Source: Octopus vulgaris (taxonomy: Eukaryota). Taken from it: 64,000 nucleotides of DNA. The DNA is taken from NCBI GenBank assembly GCA_951406725.2, contig OX597838.1, positions 11,532,001-11,596,000 on the forward strand, in the 5' to 3' direction. Below the pieces are notes generated by a model. It was not told the origin of the DNA. It ran no database searches and saw only the letters and a list, made by a program, of their open reading frames with translations. Positions 56,680 through 64,000 of this stretch are shown in pieces. The translations under genes were made by a program, and so were the position numbers. Within the stretch, counting starts at the first letter, position 1; each line of letters starts with the position of its first letter.

Positions 56680-57325
56680 GGATTCCATCCATGGACAGCG
56701 AGGCTCACCAATGGAGAAGTTCTTAAGCAGATCAGGCCGAAAATGTCGCTAAGAAGCTAGGATCACCAAGCGTAGATTGGCATATTTCGGTCATATTATG
56801 CGGAGAGAATCCCTGGAGAAGGACATCATGCTCAGAATGGTCAGTGGCAAGAGAGGAAGAGGCCGACCAATGGAAAAGTTCTTAAGCAGATAAGGCCGAA
56901 AATGTCACTAAGAAGCTAGGATCACCAAGCATAGATTGGCATATTTCGGTCATATTACGCGGAGAGAATCCCTGGAGGACATCATGCTCAGAATGGTCAG
57001 TGGCAAGAGAGGAAGAGGCCGACCAATGGAAAAGTTCTTAAGCAGATAAGGCCGAAAATGTCACTAAGAAGCTAGGATCGCCAAGCATAGATTGGCATAT
57101 TTCGGTCATATTACGCGGAGAGAATCCCTGGAGAAGGACATCATGCTCGGAATGGTCGGTGGCAAGAGAGGAAGAGGCTGACCAAGAACCCGCTGGCTTG
57201 ACAACATCAAGAATGATACCGGAATGGACATGGCCAATCTGAAAGAAGCGGCCCAGGATAGAACTGACTGGAGGACACTGATCCATCGAGTAACAGAGAG
57301 TCGACTTCGACTGACCGGATGGATA
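56680..57325 (+). mobile_element. RTE LINE 3' end with an internal ~159-bp triplication; short opposite-strand fragment at 60766-60880
   Basis: YFGHIMRRESLEKDIML...GKRGRGRP...WLDNIK; units start at 56708, 56867 and 57023. Confidence 0.85.
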
Positions 57326-57562
57326 GATAGACATTGCTTTTGTTTAATACACACACACACACTGTCCGAGAGTATGTGCATGTTGTTCTCTTTCTCTTTT
57401 TAATTTAGAGTAAATTTTGACCTGCAACCTTTTTGGTAGCAAGGGAGGAAAAATAACTTGTTTTAATCAGCATCCTTTCAATCTTAAGGTCTTGTAGTCC
57501 CAGATATTGTGATCGTTTTTGTACCGTTTGAATTAGGATTTTCATTCTTTTCCCGAGATCCC

Positions 57563-59817
57563 AAGTTCAGCTATACTTTGCTCCAGACGGGATGGTATGT
57601 GTCCTGTTGCTCAAATAACGATAGGTATGAAGCTGAATAGGTAAGCGGGTATTTTGAAAATATCTCCCGGAATGACTACCGTGCCCTGCATAATTACGGG
57701 CTGACTTTTGGTAAGACACAGCACCCGTTCGGCCACCCTGCCAGGGATATGGCGAAGCCACGGGACTGTATAGCATAGCGTTTAGTGAAGATGTAGCGGA
57801 AAAGCTCAACTGAGACAACGGTGCCTTTTATATTGATGCAGAGCGAAGGAATCCGAGCAGATCAAGAGTCAGGCTCACCAGGCTCTATCAAGGGAATAAC
57901 TGGGATCTTTTCACTTTGGCTGGCAGATTTTTTAAATAATTTCTTTGTAACTAAACGCTTTTAAACTTTGTATACTGGTAGAATGTGTTACATAAAAAAT
58001 ATTTTTCTTTTGGCTTTGAGAAAATTCTGTAGTTTGTAAGCTATTTGTTGTTTAATTTCTTGCATTTCGGCAATTTCAACCAATCAATGACGCCTATTGA
58101 GGTGAATACAATTTCTGCGGTTGTTTGTCAACAACAATTAGTTTCCATCCCACTGAACAGCATTTGGGCAAGTGTCTTCTGGAAACTGTACGAAGCCTTT
58201 TGTGCATGCATGTTACTCTTTTACTTGTTTCAGTCATTTGACTGCGGCCATGCTGGAGCACCGCCTTTAGTCGAGCAACTCGACCCCGGGACTTATTCTT
58301 TTTGTAAGCCCAGTACTTATTTATCGGTCTCTTTTGCTGAACCGCTAAGTGACGGGGACGTAAACACACCAGCATCGGTTGTCAAGCAATGCTAGGGGGA
58401 CAAACACACACACGCATATATATATATACATATATACGACAGGCTTCTTTCAGTTTCCGTCTACCAAATCCACTCACAAGGCATTGGTTGGCCCGGGGCT
58501 ATAGCAGAAGACACTTGCCCAAGATGCCACGCAGTGGGATTGAACCCAGAACCATGTGGTTGGTTAGCAAGCTACTTACCACACAGCCACGTTTGTTTTT
58601 GAAATCATGCCTACAAATGAGCAAAAGCATTTATATAACATGGCTTTGCTTGTCTCTGAGTTAAACAGTGATTATGTGTTTCTTTTTGACACTGCCACAG
58701 GTCAATCTGCCCTTTTGTAGATTTGTGGAATAAAAGTTGTTAGTTAATTTTTTGGCTCAAAAAGCAAAAAGCAAGGCCATGTAGGGGGACATGTAGTTAT
58801 GTACATGGAGGGTGTTCAGGCCATTTCTGGTCAAGAGAGACTTTGAACCGAGCGGTCGTCGGCATCTTCACTATCTCATCTGGCAGCTTATTCCACGGAT
58901 CTGCAACCCGGACGGGGAAAGCCCCTCTCCTTCGATTGAGATGAAACCGTCGCAGATAAAGCTTTTCGGAGTGACCCCTGCAGCCGACGTCTTGGAGCGG
59001 GAGTGAAGAACAGCTCTTTCGAGAGGTTACACTTTTAGTTGAAAACAGCAGGTAAAAGTTGGCAGCAGAAAGTGTATCTAGCCATAAAAATCTTCTTCAA
59101 GAAAAGCCCCTGTCCAACCTATAATAGTATGGAAAAACAGATCCTTAAATCCTTAAAAATGTTTTAGCCCGAAGGCTGCGGCCATGCTGGGGCACCACCG
59201 CTGATGTCCAAAAAAAAATAATAATCTGTTAAATCAAGACTGACAAAGGACAACAGCAACAACTATTTCTATGTTAAATAATTTTTATTTCAACTCAAAC
59301 CATTATTTTCATGCAATGCATACTTCTTAATAAAAGATTTCAAACTAAATATTGTTCCATAACCAATGTTGGGGTCAAGGCTTAGAAAATCCTGGAAGTT
59401 ACTGTCAGTCTCTGTGAAAAAAAAATGAAAAACGTGAAAAACAAAAATAAAACATTAGGAAAAATCATGAAAGATATAGACATGCATGTAGCCAGTGTGT
59501 ATGTGCATGTGTGCGTATATATATATATATATATGACTGTTGATCTGCTCAGATTCCTTCGCTATGCATCAATATAAAAGGCACCGTTGTCTCAGTTGAG
59601 CTTTTCCGCTACATCTTCACTAAACGCTATGCTACGGTCCCGTAACTTCACCGTATCCCTGGCAGGGTGGCCGAACGGGTGCTGTGTCTTACCAAAAGTT
59701 AGCCCGTAATTATTTAGAGCACGGTAGTCATTCCGTGAGATATTTTCAAAATACCCGCTTACCTATTCAGCAACAGGACACATACCAACCCGTCTGGAGC
59801 AAAGTATAGCTGAACTT
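57563..59817. repeat. Inverted pair of a ~290-bp unclassified element (57563-57871 and 59534-59817)
   Basis: aagttcagctatactttgctccagacggg...gagcagatcaa is the reverse complement of ttgatctgctc...gcaaagtatagctgaactt. Confidence 0.9.
59290..59411 (-). CDS. NTAQ1: NTAQ1 terminal coding exon
   Basis: tttttcacag|AGACTGAC...TGA, followed immediately by AATAAA (59284-59289). Confidence 0.9.
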
Positions 59818-62800
59818 ATATATGATATATATATATGATAGATAGATAGATAGATAGATAGATAGAGATATATATGTGTGTGATATATAACCATCTATTT
59901 CAATGAAATCAGGCAAATTTTAAAAAAATGACAGAATTTTATGTTTATTGCGTAATTCATCATCATCATCGTTTAACGTCCGTTTCCCATGCTAGCATGG
60001 GTTGGACGGTTCGACCGGGGTCTGGGAAGCCAGGAGGCTGCACCAGGCTCCAGTCTGATCTGACAGTGTTTCTACAGCTGGATGCCCTTCCTAATGCCAA
60101 CCACTCCGTGAGTGTAGTGGGTGCTTTTTACGTGCCACAGGCGAGGCTGGCAACAGCCACGATTGGTTGGTGATTTTTATGTGCCACCGGCACGGTAGCC
60201 AGTCGAGGCAGTGCTGGCAACGGCCACATTCGGATGGTTCTTTTTACGTGCCACCTGCACTGATATCACAACTACAATTTCCATTGATTTATGATACCAA
60301 AACAAATAGATTTATAAATCTTACATCAAAACTTTATAGAAAATTTTCAACATGTCCTCTGTCTGTATCCCGACAAATATCAAATCTATCCTTAGCAGTG
60401 TGAAACAATTTTGAATCATTTCAGGAGTTATCTCATGCACTGCTAATTGAATGCACTGTTTAAGTTCAGCTAAACCATTGTGCCATCCCAGGGACGGTGG
60501 TAGAGAAAATGATTGCAACCAAATAGAAAAAGAGCTGTTGTGGACAGATAGGCAGGAACCAACAGGAATGTAAATAAAACAATTTTTAAAAATTATTAAA
60601 TTAGAAACAAAATAAAAAATTTATACTTTTAACACACATTAAACATGATAAAGATAAATAAAAGTGAGTTTTTAAAAAATATTGACTGATTTCACTGAAA
60701 TAGATAATTAATTCTGGGACACTGGTATTTTGAGTCAATAAAATGAATGAAGTACTAGTCATGTCTACCTATCTATCCGCTCAGTTGACTCTCGGTTACT
60801 CGTTGGATCAGTGTCCTCCAATCAGTTCTATCCTGGGCCGCTTCTTGGCTAGATTGGCTATGTCCATTCCAGTATCACCGGTATCACTAGTCATGTACTG
60901 AGGTCAATTCCCACTGAATCTATGGTGTTATGCCTGAATCTCTCCCACTGAATCTATGGTGTTATGCCTGAATCTCTCCCACTGAATCTATGGTGTTATG
61001 CCTGAATCTTTCCCACTGAATCTATGGTGTTATGCCTGAATCTCTCCCACTGAATCTATGGTGTTATGCCTGAATCTATGGTGTTATGCCTGAATCTCTC
61101 CCACTGAATCTATGGTGTTATGTCTGAATCTCTCCCACTGAATCTATGGTGTTATGCCTGAATCTCTCCCACTGAATCTATGGTGTTATGCCTGAATCTC
61201 TCCCACTGAATCTATGGTGTTATGCCTGAATCTCTCCCACTGAATCTATGGTGTTATGTCTTTGATACAGGTCATTACATGTGTACATATGTTTGTGTGC
61301 TTCTGGTTCTTTGGAATTAGAGATAAATCGACACTTACATACAGACATGCATGGTCAAATAGAGAAAGTGACAGAGACAGACTTACGTTCTGTTCTAATA
61401 CAGGGATAAGGCGGCGGTTCCTGTCTCCATGCCCCTGTTGAATCCAACATGTGTTTCCGATTGGATGCAAAATGTCTTAAATATATCTTAGCATCAATCA
61501 CTCTGAAAAACCTGAAAATGACAAATATGTCAAGGATTAAAACTAAGATTAAGAGTGTGGATTAGGATTGACATTAAACAATGGATTAAGACATAAGCAT
61601 TTAAGAAAGGTTAGCATTAATATTTGACAGAAAATCAGATAATGATTAAGATTGAAAGTACGATCAGGAATAAATTAAATATAAAACTATACTTAGATTA
61701 ATTAACAATAAATGTTGGTTTAAGACTATGAGCAAATTTAAATAATAAAAGTAAAACTGATTAAATTTAAATGTAATATTAAGATTAGGATTAATGTTAA
61801 ACAGAGGATAAAGATTAGAGTTAATGCTAACTAGTGGATTAATGTTTAGAATAAGATTGAATTTTATATTCTGTGTGGAAGAACTCCGTCGGTTACGACG
61901 ACGAGGGTTCCGGTTGATCCGAATCAACGGAACAGCCTGCTTGTGGAATTAATGTGTAAGTGGCTGAGCACTCCACAGACACATGTACCCTTAACGTAGT
62001 TCTTGGGGATATTCAGCGTGACACAGAGAGTGACAAGGCCGGCCCTTTGAAATACATGTACAACAGAAACAGGAAGTAAGAGTGAGAGAAAGTTGTGGTG
62101 AAAGTGTACAGCAGGGATCACCACCATCCCCTGCCGGAGCCTCGTGGAGCTTTAGGTGTTTTCGCTCAATAAACACTCACAACGCCCGGTCTGGGAATCG
62201 AAACCGCGATCCTATGACCGTGAGTCCGCTGCCCTAACCACTGGGCCATTGCACCTCCTATTATTTTGTGTATCAGTTAAATAAATAAGACTGATCCATA
62301 ACTTTGGCTCAAAAGAGATTCGTTAGGGGTAAGTCAATTTAATCATCTCCCAATATATTTTTCCTTTAATGACCCCAAAAAATGAAAAAGCAAAGAAACC
62401 ACTGAAACAGTACTGGAGTCAACCCTTCAAAGTGGTGCCCCAGTATGGCCACAGTCCAGTGACTGGAACAAGTAAACAATAGAAGACAAAGATGTTCCAT
62501 AGTACTCTTTTACTTGTTTCAGTCATTTGACTGCGGCCATGCTGGAGCACCACCTTTTAGTCGAGCGACTCGACCCTGGGACTTATTCTTTTGTAAGCCC
62601 AGTACTTATTCTATCGGTCTCTTTTGCCGAACCGCTAAGTAACGGGGACATAAACACACCAGCATCGGTTGTCAAGCAATGCTAGGGGAACAAACACACA
62701 CACACACATATATATATATACGACGGGCTTCTTCCAGTTTCCGTCTACCAAATCCACTCACAAGGCTTTAGTTGGCCCGGAGCTATAGCAGAAGACACTT

Positions 62801-63139
62801 GCCCAAGGCGCCACGCAGTGGGACTGAACCCGGTACCATGTGGTTAGTAAGCAAGCTACTTACCACACAGCCACTCCTACGCCTATAATAATAATAAAGA
62901 AACTAAACACTTAATACACCAATAATTTAATACTCTTGGGTACAAACAAATCTGTACTTTGAAAAAGGGGACAGTCACAATATAGATATTTACCTGTGGT
63001 ACTGTGGCTGTAGTATATCGTCTGTTTTAATTGCTTCGTTAATATACATCTCCAGTTTACAGGGAAAAGGCAAACTACTGTCCAGGTCATATACATAACT
63101 CTCTCCTTCCAGTCTCCACAGAAATATGACATGATAATC
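59290..63139 (-). CDS. NTAQ1: Protein N-terminal glutamine amidohydrolase (last three coding exons; 5' exons off the right edge)
   Basis: join(62994..63139,61387..61511,59290..59411): [130 protein letters not shown]. Recognised (W)DYHV, YDLD, LPFP, FASxRxHM and PPPYPCI motifs of NTAQ1/WDYHV1; GT-AG sites with matching phases. Confidence 0.95.
60910..61258. repeat. 34-bp minisatellite, about 10 copies, in an NTAQ1 intron
   Basis: CCCACTGAATCTATGGTGTTATGCCTGAATCTCT. Confidence 0.95.
61387..61511 (-). CDS. NTAQ1: NTAQ1 penultimate coding exon
   Basis: ttttcag|GTTTTTCAGA...GAAC|gtaagt, 125 nt. Confidence 0.94.
62994..63139 (-). CDS. NTAQ1: NTAQ1 exon (DYHV catalytic His, YDLD Asp)
   Basis: gaccag|GATTATCAT...CACAG|gtaaat, 146 nt. 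Confidence 0.94.
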
Positions 63140-63226
63140 CTGGTCACATAAAACAGAAAAGAAATAACATGAATTTCAATTTACATAATTTTTAGGACTA
63201 GTAATTTCATCTTTACAATGTAAATC

Positions 63227-63745
63227 ATCATCATCATCGTTTAGCGTCCGCTTTCCATGCTAGCATGGGTTGGACGGTTCAACTGGGGTCTGTGAAGCCA
63301 GAAGGCTTCATCAGGCCTAGTCAGGTCTGGCAGTGTTTCTACGGCTGGATGCCCTTCCCAAAGCCAACCACTCCGTGAGTGTAGTGCGTGCTTTTTACGT
63401 GCCACCCGCGGGGTGACTGGGGAAAGATTTAAAGAGAGAGAGAGAAAGTGTGTGTGTGTGTACATGCATCAGCCTCGTCTGGCCCCCATGCCGGTGGCAC
63501 ATAAAAAGCACCATCCGATCGTGGCCATTTGCCAGACTCGTCTGGTACCTGTGACGGTGGCACGTAAAAAGCACCCACTACATTCATGGAGTGGTTGGCG
63601 TTAGGAAGGGCATCCAGCTGTAGAAACATTGCCAGATCAGACTGGGCCTGGTGCAGCCTTCTGGCTTCCCAGACCCCAGTTGAACCGTCCAACCCATGCT
63701 AGCATGGAAAGCGGACGCTAAACGATGATGATGATGACGACGATG
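63227..63745. repeat. Inverted pair of (CAT)n-tailed SINE-like elements in an NTAQ1 intron (third copy 59958-60260)
   Basis: catcatcatcgtttagcgtccgctttccatgctagcatggg versus cccatgctagcatggaaagcggacgctaaacgatgatgatg. Confidence 0.85.
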
Positions 63746-64000
63746 ATACACACACACACACACACATGGTAGTAGATAAAATAATCAAGGTCATGAAGGT
63801 GGGGGTGGAAGCCACAGGTCCATGGGGGACAGTTGCAGAAATGCTTAAAATATCTGGAGAAGTAATATACAAGACTAGCGCTATGACCCGGCAATGTCGG
63901 GTCATAGTGCTAGTGCATGCGTATATAGATGCGTGCGTGCACACATACACGCGAGTACTGTCCAAATCTCTGACCAATCACATACAGCTAGCTGGCATTC

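Noticed and set aside
56479-56688. 69-aa ORF MESVKVFS as a gene
   Set aside because: Short, begins at the antisense edge of an RTE fragment, with no motif or splice support.
60910-61258. CRISPR-like array
   Set aside because: No unique spacers, eukaryotic intron and no cas genes; it is a minisatellite.
59290-63139. Functional link between NTAQ1 (N-terminal Gln deamidase) and the Gln in the protease propeptides
   Set aside because: The Gln is C-terminal in the released propeptide and the proteases are secreted, while NTAQ1 is cytosolic/nuclear; adjacency is probably coincidental.

Overview
Repeat-rich animal genomic DNA, most likely an octopus (inferred from the SINE families, dense microsatellites and protease type). 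Almost all six-frame ORFs are microsatellite or transposon noise. Reading splice sites by hand gives four spliced genes, all on the minus strand. Three are tandem secreted S1 (chymotrypsin-fold) serine protease paralogs: A (exons 1-2 only, runs off the left edge), B (complete, 6 exons, 258 aa, 18782-28068) and C (complete, 6 exons, 254 aa, 37378-47651). The fourth is the last three coding exons of NTAQ1/WDYHV1 (59290-63139). An orphan 173-aa ORF (55797-56318) is splice-phase-compatible with NTAQ1. The rest is SINEs, RLE/Tx1/CR1/RTE LINE fragments, non-autonomous Helitrons, hAT and other MITEs, Tc1/mariner remnants and solo LTRs. Most notable findings: minimal hammerhead ribozyme motifs with three different 3-8 core pairs, including a tandem triplet inside a protease intron; a Gln-P1 activation site and a Cys25/Cys117 pair in the proteases; head-once/body-many SINE arrays suggesting self-targeting; an inverted repeat bracketing the NTAQ1 terminal exon; and a 166-bp palindrome among local templated insertions. 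Everything was read by eye; no database search or folding program was run.
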